From positions 1 to 54,920 of the forward strand of contig JACDEA010000001.1 of assembly GCA_013816725.1 (NCBI GenBank): a DNA stretch of 54,920 bases, in the 5' to 3' direction. The translations under genes were made by a program, and so were the position numbers. Source of the stretch: Actinomycetota bacterium (GTDB lineage: Bacteria > Actinomycetota > Acidimicrobiia > Acidimicrobiales > JACDEA01). This document shows, piece by piece, positions 1 through 9,079 of this stretch. The notes beneath the pieces are model-generated. The model was not told the origin of the DNA, did no database searches, and worked only from the letters and a program-made list of their open reading frames with translations. The first letter of the stretch is position 1. Every line of letters starts with the position of its first letter.

Positions 1-1107
1 GGTGTGGCCCATGCTGAAACGCCCCGGTTGCGGGAACACGCTCAACCCGTGCGGACCGCCGCCCACATGGATCGTCCGCAACAAGGTGCCCGTCGACGTA
101 TCGATGACGTAGACCGATTTGTTGTAGCGGCCGGAGAGCCATAGGCGGGTGCCGTCCGAGCTGACACCGCCCATGTCGGGGCTGCCGCCGATGTGCCACG
201 TCGCCACCTCGTCGCCGCTTTGGAAGTCGAGCACCGAAACGGTCCCCGCCTTGCGGTTCGATACGTACAGCAGCCGGCCGTCGCGGCTCGGGTACATGCC
301 GTGCGCGCCGGCGCCCGTTTCGACGAAGCGGGTCTCCTCGAAGGTGGCGGCGTCGATGATCGACACGCCGTTGCGCGATTGATTGGCGACGTAGAACGAC
401 TTGCCGTCGGGTGCGAGCTTTACGTCAATGGGCTGACCGCCCACGTCGAGCGCACCGTTCAGCTCCATGCGCCTGACGTCGACCCGCACCAGCCAGCCGG
501 AGAACTCACAGGTGACGACCATCGTGGTCCCGTCGGCACTGAAGTCGGCATGGTCCACGCCGCTGTACGGGATCATCACGCTCTTCTGCAACTGCCACGT
601 GTGCGGGTCACGGAAGTCCAGACGCTTGCGCTGCTCGGCGACCACGATGGCGCTGGCGCCGTCGGGCGTGAAGTACAGGTTGTACGGGTCGTCGACGGGA
701 ATGACCGCGCCCGGCTTACCGGTGCGGGCGTCGATCGGTGTCAGTGAGTTGCCCTTGTCGTTGTCGACGTACAGGGTCTTGAGGTCCCAGGACGGCGTGA
801 CGTGCTGGGGCAGCTTGCCCACGGCGAAATGGTCGACGATCTGGAATGTACGCGGGTCGATCACATCGACGGTGTCGGACGTGCTGTTGGGCACGTACAC
901 GCGATCAGCGACGCCGGCCACCGCCGGGCTCATCTCGCCCGACCGGGTGTGGGCGTAGACGTCCAGCGCGGGATCGAGCGGTGCAGACGCGACCGATGTC
1001 TCTGTCGGGTGCACGTGCGGGACAGACGGCAGCGCGTGGGAGGTCGCAGTGCACCCGGCCAGCACCACGACAGTCGCCATCGTCGCCAGCGACGGTCGCC
1101 GCTTCAT
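1..1107 (-). CDS. YVTN/YncE-like beta-propeller lipoprotein (3' end runs off the left edge)
   Basis: Absent from the ORF track because no stop lies in the window. Reverse-complement reading from ATG at 1107 gives MKRRPSLATMATVVVLAGC (lipobox LAGC). In-frame check at 661-720 gives GKPGAVIPVDDPYNLYFTPD. ATGA start/stop overlap with the upstream deacetylase at 1104-1107. Confidence 0.7.
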   Translation of the reverse strand, partial: MKRRPSLATMATVVVLAGCTATSHALPSVPHVHPTETSVASAPLDPALDVYAHTRSGEMSPAVAGVADRVYVPNSTSDTVDVIDPRTFQIVDHFAVGKLPQHVTPSWDLKTLYVDNDKGNSLTPIDARTGKPGAVIPVDDPYNLYFTPDGASAIVVAEQRKRLDFRDPHTWQLQKSVMIPYSGVDHADFSADGTTMVVTCEFSGWLVRVDVRRMELNGALDVGGQPIDVKLAPDGKSFYVANQSRNGVSIIDAATFEETRFVETGAGAHGMYPSRDGRLLYVSNRKAGTVSVLDFQSGDEVATWHIGGSPDMGGVSSDGTRLWLSGRYNKSVYVIDTSTGTLLRTIHVGGGPHGLSVFPQPGRFSMGHT

Positions 1108-1868
1108 CGGGCGACGCCCAGTAGGTCGCGCACGGTGACGGGCTCGAGGCCCCGCTGGCGCGCCGCGGCCACAACCCGCTCGAAGGCGGCAACGGTGCCG
1201 GCGTGGCCGGTGTGCAGGCTGACGATCGCGCCGGCGTGGAGCCCTGCCGTGACGCGGTCAACCACCGCCGCTGCGCCCGGGTCCTGGTAGTCGCGCGGAT
1301 CGACGTCGTAGCCGACCACCGTCGGGTAGCCCGCTCGACCGGCCTCCTCGAGTATCAGCGCGGTCGGCACCTCGATGCCTGACGGCCGGAACCACGGACC
1401 TGGCGCGGCGGCGTGGCGAGCGAGAGCGTCGCGGCAGCGGGTGACTTCACTGGCAACCGCGGTGCGGGCCAGGCCACCGAGCGCCGGGTGGGTGTAGGTG
1501 TGGTTGGCCAGCTCGTGCCCGTCTCCCATAATGAGATCGGCGACCGCGGGGTTGGCGTCGAGCCACGTTCCCACCGCGAAGATGGTGAGGGGCGCGTGTG
1601 AGTTCTTGGCCAGCGCGAGCAGCTCCCGCAACAGTCCGACGTCACCGGATCCGTGGAACGTGAACGCGATGCGCGGGCGATCGCTCGGGCCGTTGCGGAC
1701 GAACCGGGCCGGACCTGCTCGCCCGGCCGCGGTGGTCGACGTGGGCTGCGTCGAGGGAGTCGTCGTGGCAATGGCCGGTGTGACGCGCCGTCGCGTCGCG
1801 CGCGCGCAGGCGGCGAGCAGGGCCGCCGCGCCGACGGCACCAAGAAAGTCGCGTCGGCTGCCGGCCAC
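1104..1868 (-). CDS. Polysaccharide deacetylase family protein with Tat-type signal
   Basis: 254-aa ORF. N-terminal 'SRRDFLGAVGAAALLAAC' twin-arginine signal. 'FTFHGSGD' and 'ELANHTYTHP' resemble NodB-type deacetylase motifs. Confidence 0.85.
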   Translation of the reverse strand: MAGSRRDFLGAVGAAALLAACARATRRRVTPAIATTTPSTQPTSTTAAGRAGPARFVRNGPSDRPRIAFTFHGSGDVGLLRELLALAKNSHAPLTIFAVGTWLDANPAVADLIMGDGHELANHTYTHPALGGLARTAVASEVTRCRDALARHAAAPGPWFRPSGIEVPTALILEEAGRAGYPTVVGYDVDPRDYQDPGAAAVVDRVTAGLHAGAIVSLHTGHAGTVAAFERVVAAARQRGLEPVTVRDLLGVAR

Positions 1869-2079
1869 GGCGAGCGACGCTAACGCCGGAAATGCACCTC
1901 GTCAGCGCGGGGCGGCGCTGCTCGGGGTCACTTGATCCCCCGCGCCAGCCGACACGTCAGCTCGAACTGACCTGCGCCTTGGATGTCTTCAAGATTAGGT
2001 TCAGGCAGTTGCCAGCTAGCTGAATTGGGCGGGCCTACGCGGGGCTATGCTCGCTCGGGCGAAGGCCGCCGGGGGGAAT

Positions 2080-2457
2080 ATGGCCGAACGCGTGCTGATC
2101 ATCGAGGACAACGAGCAGAACCTGAAGTTGGCCCGCGACCTGTTGCAGTATCACGGCTACGAAACCCTGGTCGCCCGCACGGCCGCCGAGGGGGTCGCCT
2201 TGGCCGAGACCGGCAATCCTGACCTGATCCTGCTCGACGACCGCCTCCCCGACGGCGATGGGCTCGCCACCCTGGCGCGGCTGAGAGGCATGGACGCCAC
2301 CGCCGCCGTCCCCGTCGTGGCGGTCACGGCCTCTGCCATGAGCGGCGATCGCGAGCGGCTGCTCCAGGCCGGCTTCGACGGCTACCTCTCCAAACCGCTC
2401 GATAGCCGTGCGTTCCCTGACCAGATACGCGGTTTCTGCCGGCCGGGCAGTACATGA
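2080..2457 (+). CDS. Single-domain response regulator (CheY-like receiver)
   Basis: 'RVLIIEDNEQNL', 'DLILLDDRLPDGDG', 'VVAVTASA', 'GFDGYLSKP' are receiver motifs. ATG at 2080 follows a GGGGGGA RBS. ATGA overlap with the next gene. Confidence 0.85.
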   Translation: MAERVLIIEDNEQNLKLARDLLQYHGYETLVARTAAEGVALAETGNPDLILLDDRLPDGDGLATLARLRGMDATAAVPVVAVTASAMSGDRERLLQAGFDGYLSKPLDSRAFPDQIRGFCRPGST

Positions 2458-3584
2458 CCGAGGCCCCGGCCAAGATTCTGGTCGTCGACGACGTCCCGAC
2501 CAACATCGCGTTGCTCGACGCTGTGTTGAGCCCGAGGGGCTACGTCGTGGTCTCGGCCAAGGACGGCAATGAGGCGCTCGAGGTGGTAGCGCGCGAGAAG
2601 CCCGACCTCGTTCTGCTCGACGTGCACATGCCCGGGATGGACGGCTACCAGGTTTGCCGTCATCTTCGGTCCGACCCCGAAACGCAGTTCCTGCCCGTCG
2701 TCATGGTGACGGCCACCGCCGAGCAGGAGAAGGTGAAGGCCATCGAGGCCGGCGCCGAGGACTTCATCCCGAAACCGTTCGACAAGGCCGAGCTGCTGGC
2801 CCGCGTGAAGTCGCTGCTGCGGATCAAGAGTTACCACGACACCATCGAGCGGCAGGCGACCGAACTTCTCGAACTCAACCGCACACTCGAGGCGCGGGTG
2901 GCCGAGCAGGTTCAGGAGCTGGCCCGCCTCACGCGCCTGCGGCGCTTCCTCTCGCCTCAAGTCGCCGACCTCATCCTGTCGTCGGGCGACGAGTCGATCC
3001 TCGAGAGCCATCGTTCCGAGATCGCAGTCCTCTTCTGTGACCTGCGCGGCTTCACGGCATTCGCCACACGCGTCGAGCCCGATGAGGTGATGAGTGTCCT
3101 TAACGAGTTCCACGCCGCGGTCGGCGAGCTGGTGCGCCGCTTTGACGCCACCGTCGGCTGGTTCGCGGGCGACGGTCTGATGGTGTTCTTTAACGACCCG
3201 GTGCCTCGACCCGAGCCCGCCGTGCCCGCGGTGCAGATGGCGGCGGAGCTGCGCGACAGCGTTGCTGCGCTCGGGCTCGAGTGGCATCTGCGCGGGTACG
3301 ACCTGGGGCTCGGTATCGGCATCGACGTAGGCGACGCGACCCTCGGCCAGATGGGCTTCGAGGGGCGCTTCGACTACAGCGCCATCGGAAACGTGGTGAA
3401 CCTGGCGGCCCGCCTATGCGCCGAGGCCAAAGACGGTCAGATACTCATCTCGGAGCGCACACATTCCTCCGTCCAGGCGTTCACTGACGTGGAGCCGGTT
3501 GGCGAACTCCAACTCAAGGGCTTCGCCAACCTCATTCCCGTGTGGGATGTGACCGACCTCCGAGAGTCGCTGACCGGCCAGTGA
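2454..3584 (+). CDS. Response-regulator receiver fused to a class III adenylate/guanylate cyclase domain
   Basis: Receiver motifs 'KILVVDDVPTN', 'DLVLLDVHMPGMDG', 'FIPKPF'. A coiled linker follows. Then 'IAVLFCDLRGFTAF', 'GDGLMVFFN', 'IGNVVNLAARL' typical of class III cyclases. Confidence 0.9.
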   Translation: MTEAPAKILVVDDVPTNIALLDAVLSPRGYVVVSAKDGNEALEVVAREKPDLVLLDVHMPGMDGYQVCRHLRSDPETQFLPVVMVTATAEQEKVKAIEAGAEDFIPKPFDKAELLARVKSLLRIKSYHDTIERQATELLELNRTLEARVAEQVQELARLTRLRRFLSPQVADLILSSGDESILESHRSEIAVLFCDLRGFTAFATRVEPDEVMSVLNEFHAAVGELVRRFDATVGWFAGDGLMVFFNDPVPRPEPAVPAVQMAAELRDSVAALGLEWHLRGYDLGLGIGIDVGDATLGQMGFEGRFDYSAIGNVVNLAARLCAEAKDGQILISERTHSSVQAFTDVEPVGELQLKGFANLIPVWDVTDLRESLTGQ

Positions 3585-6220
3585 GCGCGGTCGCGATGGA
3601 AGGGGGCGAGTTCGAGGCCTTCATCCACCCCGGCTCGCCGGCCAACCTTTATCGAGTGGCGCGGGTGTGCGCACTCATCAGTGGCGGAACGGCTGCGGCG
3701 GGGACGCTCGCCAACCTGACAACGCCGTCGCCCGGTTACAACGGGCGCGGCGTCGCCGTCGGGTGCGCGGTCGCCGCCAGCTTCGCGGTGATCTTCAGGC
3801 TGCGGGCCGGTCGACTGTCGATGCGCACGATCGTGCTGATCATGGCTCTGGGAAACGTCGCCTTGTCGTCGGCCAACTACTTCAGCGGTCCCTACGCGCC
3901 ACGGTCGGTCTTGATCTACCTGTGGATGGCCGTCGTTGTCTATGGGTTCTTCCCGCGCTGGGCCGGCGTTCTCCACGGCGCTCTGTTCGCCGCCGGCTTC
4001 GCCACGGTGCTGGCCTTTCAAAAGGGGCCAAGCGACCTTACGGCCCGTCCGATCGCGGCGTGGGCGATCAGTATGGCCACGGTGCTCGGCATCGGGGCAT
4101 TCCTGAGCTGGCTCGTGGAGCGCGTGCGCCGCCTCGCGGTAACCGAAGACGAGAGCCGGCGCGAAGCCGAGCGGGTCAACGAAGAACTCGAAGTTGTGAG
4201 CCGTCACAAGACGGAGTTCCTCTCCAACATGTCGCACGAACTGCGGACCCCGTTGAACGCGGTGATCGGGTTCTCCGAGGTGCTCGAGGACCAGCTTTTC
4301 GGCGAGCTGAACGAGCGCCAGCTTGATTACACGAACGACATCTTGACGTCGGGCCGGCACCTGCTGGCGCTCATCAACGACATCCTCGACCTGGCCAAGG
4401 TGGAGGCCGGACGCATGGAGCTGGACATCGAGAAAGTCGCGGTGGCGGGCGTGATCGAGGCGGGTATGACGATGGTCCGCGAGCGAGCAACGCTCCACGG
4501 CATCACGCTCGAGGCGGCGGTGGAGCCCGACGTCGGAGAGATCGCAGCCGACGAACGCAAGGTCCGCCAGGTCCTCTTCAACCTGCTATCCAACGCGGTG
4601 AAGTTCACACCCGCCGGTGGTCAGGTGCGCGTGTCGGCGAGGCGGGCCGATAACGAGGTCGAGATCGAGGTCGCCGACACCGGCGTCGGAATCGAAACGG
4701 CCGAGCTGGACCGCGTCTTCCAGGCGTTCGAGCAGGTGGCTGCGGTCAGTGTCGCTGCTCACGAGGGCACCGGGCTGGGGCTGGCGTTGGCCCGTCGGTT
4801 CGTCGAGCTGCACGGCGGCCGCATCTGGGTCGAGAGCGAGCCCGGCCGCGGCAGCGAGTTCACATTCAGGTTGCCGGTGACGACACGCGAGGCGGCGCCG
4901 GTCGATGCGGGCGAAGCGCTGGCCTCTCCGGGATCACCGGCCGAGTCCAGTGCGACTCCGGCCATTCTCGCCAACCCGCGAACGCCGGCGGGGCGCTACC
5001 GCCTGGCCCGCGTCTGCGCAGTGACATTCATCGGCGCCGGCGCGGCCGGCCTGCTCTCTGCGGTGCTGACGGGGCCGGTGTCGCAGTTCGACGCCGGCAG
5101 TTTGACGATCCTTTCCGCGCTCGCACTCGTGCTGGGAACGTTGATGGTGGCGTTCGCCCGGCGCGTGCCGATGCGCGTCATCCTCGCCTTTTTGGCCCTC
5201 GGCAACGTTCTGACCACGCTCGTCGTGTACTTCAGCGGACCCTACGCGCCGCGTTCGGTCCTGGTGTACATGTGGCTTGCGGTGCTCGTGTTCGGCTTCT
5301 TTCCGCGACGGGTCGGGCTGGCGCACATGGCGCTCATTTCGGTGAGCTACGCCGTCGTTCTGGCCAATCAACACGCCGACGTGGCCCTGATGAGCGGCCG
5401 CTTCGCCACATGGTTCATGGTCGTCGGCACGGCGACCGCAGTCGGCTACTTCGTGAGCTGGCTCGTGTCGTCGGTGCGCCGCTTGGCCGTCTCGGCCCAT
5501 CGGAGTCGCCAGGAGGCCGAGCGGGTGCGCGCCCAGCTGGAGCTGGTCAGCCACCACAAGACCGAGTTCGTAGCCAACATGTCGCATGAGTTGCGCACGC
5601 CCCTCAACGCGGTGATCGGATTCTCCGAGGTACTCGAAGACGAGTTGTTCGGCCCGCTGAACGAGCGGCAGCGGGACTATGTCAGCGACATCCTGACGGC
5701 GGGCCGGCACCTGCTCGCGCTCATCAACGACATCCTCGATCTGGCCAAGGTGGAGGCGGGTCACATGGAGATCGAGCTTGGTCCGGTACCGGTGCGCGAG
5801 GTGCTCGAGCAAGGGATCACGATGGTGCGAGAGCGTGCGACCAGCCACGGCATCACGCTGGAGTGCGAAGCCGACGACACCGTGGGCGAGATCAACGCCG
5901 ACGAGCGCAAGATGCGCCAGGTCGTGTTCAACCTTCTATCCAACGCGGTGAAGTTCACGCCCGACGGTGGTCGGGTGCGGGCCTCAGCCCGGCGCGTCGA
6001 TGGCCACGTCGAGGTCGCCGTCGCCGACACCGGGATCGGCATCCCCGACGCCCACCGTGACCGCATCTTCGAAGAGTTCGAACAGGCCTCGACGCAGCAT
6101 GAAGGCACCGGCCTCGGACTGGCACTCGCCAGGCGCTTCGTCGAGCTCCACGGCGGCCGGATCTGGGTCGACTCCGAGCCCGGCGAAGGCAGCGTGTTCA
6201 CCGTCAGCCTCCCGGCATGA
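3581..6220 (+). CDS. Sensor histidine kinase made of two complete tandem units (TM sensor + HisKA + HATPase, twice)
   Basis: GTGA overlap with the upstream stop at 3581-3584. H-boxes 'SHELRTPLNAVIGFSEVLED' occur twice (His codons 4234-4236 and 5584-5586). Each is followed by 'FNLLSNAVKFTP', 'DTG(V/I)GI' and 'GTGLGLALARRFVELHGGRIWV'. Both halves start with 'YR(V/L)ARVCA' and share 'YFSGPYAPRSVL'. Confidence 0.85.
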   Translation: MSAVAMEGGEFEAFIHPGSPANLYRVARVCALISGGTAAAGTLANLTTPSPGYNGRGVAVGCAVAASFAVIFRLRAGRLSMRTIVLIMALGNVALSSANYFSGPYAPRSVLIYLWMAVVVYGFFPRWAGVLHGALFAAGFATVLAFQKGPSDLTARPIAAWAISMATVLGIGAFLSWLVERVRRLAVTEDESRREAERVNEELEVVSRHKTEFLSNMSHELRTPLNAVIGFSEVLEDQLFGELNERQLDYTNDILTSGRHLLALINDILDLAKVEAGRMELDIEKVAVAGVIEAGMTMVRERATLHGITLEAAVEPDVGEIAADERKVRQVLFNLLSNAVKFTPAGGQVRVSARRADNEVEIEVADTGVGIETAELDRVFQAFEQVAAVSVAAHEGTGLGLALARRFVELHGGRIWVESEPGRGSEFTFRLPVTTREAAPVDAGEALASPGSPAESSATPAILANPRTPAGRYRLARVCAVTFIGAGAAGLLSAVLTGPVSQFDAGSLTILSALALVLGTLMVAFARRVPMRVILAFLALGNVLTTLVVYFSGPYAPRSVLVYMWLAVLVFGFFPRRVGLAHMALISVSYAVVLANQHADVALMSGRFATWFMVVGTATAVGYFVSWLVSSVRRLAVSAHRSRQEAERVRAQLELVSHHKTEFVANMSHELRTPLNAVIGFSEVLEDELFGPLNERQRDYVSDILTAGRHLLALINDILDLAKVEAGHMEIELGPVPVREVLEQGITMVRERATSHGITLECEADDTVGEINADERKMRQVVFNLLSNAVKFTPDGGRVRASARRVDGHVEVAVADTGIGIPDAHRDRIFEEFEQASTQHEGTGLGLALARRFVELHGGRIWVDSEPGEGSVFTVSLPA

Positions 6221-6262
6221 GGCTCTCTGGGCGCGCGGGCGCGCCTGCTCACGGAGTGGCGG

Positions 6263-6604
6263 CTAATCAACTAATCGATCTCGCCCCCGTTTGCGCTGAC
6301 ACGCTAGAAGTCGTACGGGAACTATCCCGAGGCTGAGTACCCAAGCGTGGTTCGACGACTTCGCTCTCGAGTTGCCGCGAGTCTTGAAGACAACGGGCAG
6401 CCTGGGCATGATCAAGTCGACGCTCGCGTCAGGCAGCTCGATGAGCGCGTCGTGCGAGTAGCCATGAGACTTGCTTCCCGAGTCCGAACGAGCCAGGACC
6501 CGTCGTATCGACGGGACCGGCGGAAACGTGCCGCACTGCGATGCCGAAGGGGACCTCGAAGCGGCGTTAAGGACTTCGACCCAATCCTTCGGGTATTTGT
6601 GCAT
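6263..6604 (-). CDS. Hypothetical protein (113 aa from MHKYPKDW...)
   Basis: ORF with moderately high third-position GC. No recognisable motif. Start chosen at the internal ATG at 6604. Confidence 0.3.
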   Translation of the reverse strand: MHKYPKDWVEVLNAASRSPSASQCGTFPPVPSIRRVLARSDSGSKSHGYSHDALIELPDASVDLIMPRLPVVFKTRGNSRAKSSNHAWVLSLGIVPVRLLACQRKRGRDRLVD

Positions 6605-6727
6605 CACGAGGCGCGCGTGGAGTGACGAGGAAGGGTCAGAAGCTGAGCGGTACGGGTACAGACCTGGCGCGACTCGCGGCACCAACGCCGCCTAGCGGGC
6701 GATACGCCTTCAAGGCTCTCGCGATCC

Positions 6728-8328
6728 TTAGTCGCAGTCCCGGCAACGATCACTCCCCTGCGCGAACTGTCCAACGTGCTTCAGCAGGCCGCATGCGGCA
6801 CAGGCGCGCTCGGTCGGCATCACCCGCGGGGGCGTCGTCGCTGTCGACCGGCGCTCCGAGGTTCCCTGACTGGCCCCGGCGCGGTAATACGAAAGGCGAA
6901 GCTCATAGCCGGCCCGCCGGCCCTGGTCGGTAAGCGCAACGCCGCCGCTGGCGAGCCTCCATCGCCACGGCTCCACATGCGTGATCCTCGTGCCGTCGAC
7001 GACGGGCTGGAGCGATAGCGCGTCCCGGAGTCCGAGACGGTAGTCCTCCATGTCCTCCGGATCGACGAAGTCAACGGGGACCCCGCGCTGCCGCTGATCT
7101 CGTTGAACCAAGGCAGCCAGCTTGAGCGGATCGCTCTCGCCTGGCTCGTTGCTCACGGTAGCGGGCACCGACACGACGGCGGGTTGGGTGCGAAGTTCAG
7201 CGAGCGAGTCGAGCAAGGCGTCGACGAGCGCGGTGTGGGCCCCGGCATCCACCGAGGCCCACAGGTCATGAATGATCTGGCCCACGTCGTTCCACATCAC
7301 GTGCGCGAACCGCCCGCCGAAGGTCTCGACAGGCTGGACCACCGGCATGGTTGGCGTCACATAGATGAGGTCGCGCTCGAACTGGGGATAGTGGTGGGCG
7401 GCAAGATCGAGGTAATGCTCCAACTGGCCGGTTCGATGGCTTGCCTTCTCCGTCTTCAACTCAATCATCAAGGCGCGTGTCGGCCACAACACCGCGAAGT
7501 CCGGCCATCCCGCCTTCTCGGTCGGCTCGCGCGACGGAAGCTCGAACTCGTTGACGAATTGGCCGGGTCTTGGCGCAGCGGCGCCGAACGCCAGCGCCTC
7601 GAGTCTCGCAACGAACGCAGCCCCGTCGTGAGGGAGTGCACATCGCTCGTTCCACTTGCGCGGCTCGTAGCCCAGGATCATCGAGGCCAGCATCTGCTGG
7701 ACGAGCGCCTCGCGCCCACACTTGGCGAGGCGCTCGGCCAATTCGGCCGGATCTGGGAGCTGGCCCACCGCGTCGACGGCAGGCGCGACCGGCAGCGCCA
7801 CACGAGATTGCGGTGTTCTCGGCGCGACAACCTGCCCTGTGGCCGGCTCCATAACACTGAGATCCCAAAGCTCAGTCATCGCGTCGAGCTCCGACGGTCG
7901 TAGGACAAGTGGGTTTCCCATCTGCGGCGAGCGGATGATTTCGGCCTCGGAAAGGCGGGCTTCGCCGATGAAGGCGACACGGGAAATTCGCTCGCGCAAC
8001 GGCAGGAGCCGGAGTGGCACGTACGGTCGCCAAGCATCGCGCTCTTCCATGTCGATCCACTCGGCGCCCTCGCCGCGCGCCATCGCGACGTCGTCGACGA
8101 TCTCGCCCGCCGCGATGGGCCCGCCACGCGCGGATCCGTGCCGGCAACCCACAGAAAGCATCGCTGGCCAGGCCTCATCAGATCGACCCGATAACTCTGC
8201 ACGAGCCGCCACCGATCGACGATCCCGTGTTGCAGCAGGTCGGCCTCGACGTCGAACACGGCCGGATTCGCCTTCAGGAGCCAGGCTCCGATCGGCCGTC
8301 CGTCGCGGGTCGCCCATGGCTGCGTCAC
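6728..8328 (-). CDS. EVE(PUA-like) domain + PD-(D/E)XK nuclease-like core + C-terminal zinc ribbon; apparent 1-nt frameshift near 8130-8145
   Basis: ORF 7876..8328 starts 'AWLLKANPAVFDVEADLL...WRLVQSYRVDLMRPGQRCFLWVAG' (EVE-like N-terminus). The continuation 'ARGGPIAAGEIVDDV...LRLLPLRERISRV' lies in the frame of ORF 6728..8317. Downstream are 'GWPDFAVLWPTRALMIELKTEKASH' (D...ExK) and 'CAACG...CRDCD'. Confidence 0.6.
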
Positions 8329-8480
8329 GTCGTCACCATCCTTCCAAAGCGCTGCAGTCAGAGCGACCAGCCATCGAGAAGCTCTCCGGCGATCTGAGAG
8401 GCCGGTTTTCGAGCTTGCACCCGCGCGCCATCGCGTGATTCAACGTGTTCCTCACCGGGTTCACGAAGGAGAACGAAACG

Positions 8481-8697
8481 ATGGCCCTCGACCAGTCTGG
8501 CCTCACCGATCTGCTCGACGCACTGCGCGCCAGCGGAGATCCCGACTCCAAGCGCGAGGCCGATCGGCCTCGGGCTCCAAGAGCTGATCGACCTCGAAGC
8601 CGCGGCGACATCGTGCTGGTGGTGTCGTCGGGCAGAAGCGGGCCACTCAGGTCATCGGCGCCGGCCAGTACGAACGGCCCGACACGCGCAGCACCCA
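8481..8697 (+). pseudogene. IS256-family (mutator-type) transposase N-terminal stub, frameshifted and truncated
   Basis: AAGGAG RBS then 'MALDQSGLTDLLDALRASGD'. A second frame reads 'VIGAGQYERPDTRSTH', matching the conserved start of IS256-family transposases. Homology ends abruptly at 8697, where the tRNA-flank repeat begins. Confidence 0.6.
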
Positions 8698-8985
8698 TTA
8701 CGCGCTGATGGGCAAAGGCATCGACACTGCACCACCGCCAGCGGCTCGAGCAGCCGCCAACCGACTTCGCCGCGTAGTCCCGCACGTTCGGTCGACACAC
8801 CGGGTTCTGGCGCGCTTGGGCTCCGGCGGAACCCTGGATGAGGCCATCTTCACGAGGAAGCTACGGGCGACCACCTAGCATCGTGTCGCTACAACCTGCA
8901 GGTCGGAGAGTTTCTGCCAGGTTTCTGCAGTCCCCGCCCCCGTCGCGCAGGAATAGAGCATCGGTTTCCTAACCCGACCTGGTGG
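8698..8985 (+). repeat. Diverged direct copy (R1) of the gene-3'-end + spacer + tRNA-Arg 5' half block found at 16838-17115
   Basis: 'tacgcgctgatgg...ctcgagcagccgccaaccgac(t/c)tcgccgcgtag' and 'tttctgcag.ccccgcccccgt...atagagcatcggtttcctaa' are shared with 16838-17115. The middle ~130 nt is diverged. Confidence 0.7.
8936..8973 (+). pseudogene. tRNA-Arg 5' half remnant (acceptor to anticodon loop, degenerate D arm)
   Basis: 'gcccccgtcgcgcaggaatagagcatcggtttcctaa' versus the intact 'gcccccgtagctcaggggatagagcatcggtttcctaa' at 17076. Similarity stops inside the anticodon loop. Confidence 0.7.
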
Positions 8986-9079
8986 CTCGCGCTGACGCTG
9001 GTCGGAGACGTCCGCAGGTCAGGACCGGTGTTGTCTGACCGCCAAAGTGCCGCCAAGAATCCGCCGATCACCGCCCGTT

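Noticed and set aside
3437-5848. Two long minus-strand ORFs (3437..4498 and 4934..5848)
   Set aside because: Both are antisense to the histidine kinase. They appear twice only because the kinase itself is duplicated.
6229-6245. GC-rich hairpin (GGCGCG-cggg-CGCGCC) just after the kinase stop, as a possible terminator
   Set aside because: The stem is only 6 bp and no U-tract follows. This is too weak to call as a feature.
8333-8800. 155-aa minus-strand ORF over the IS256 stub
   Set aside because: Antisense to a recognisable (though degenerate) transposase N-terminus. No motifs.
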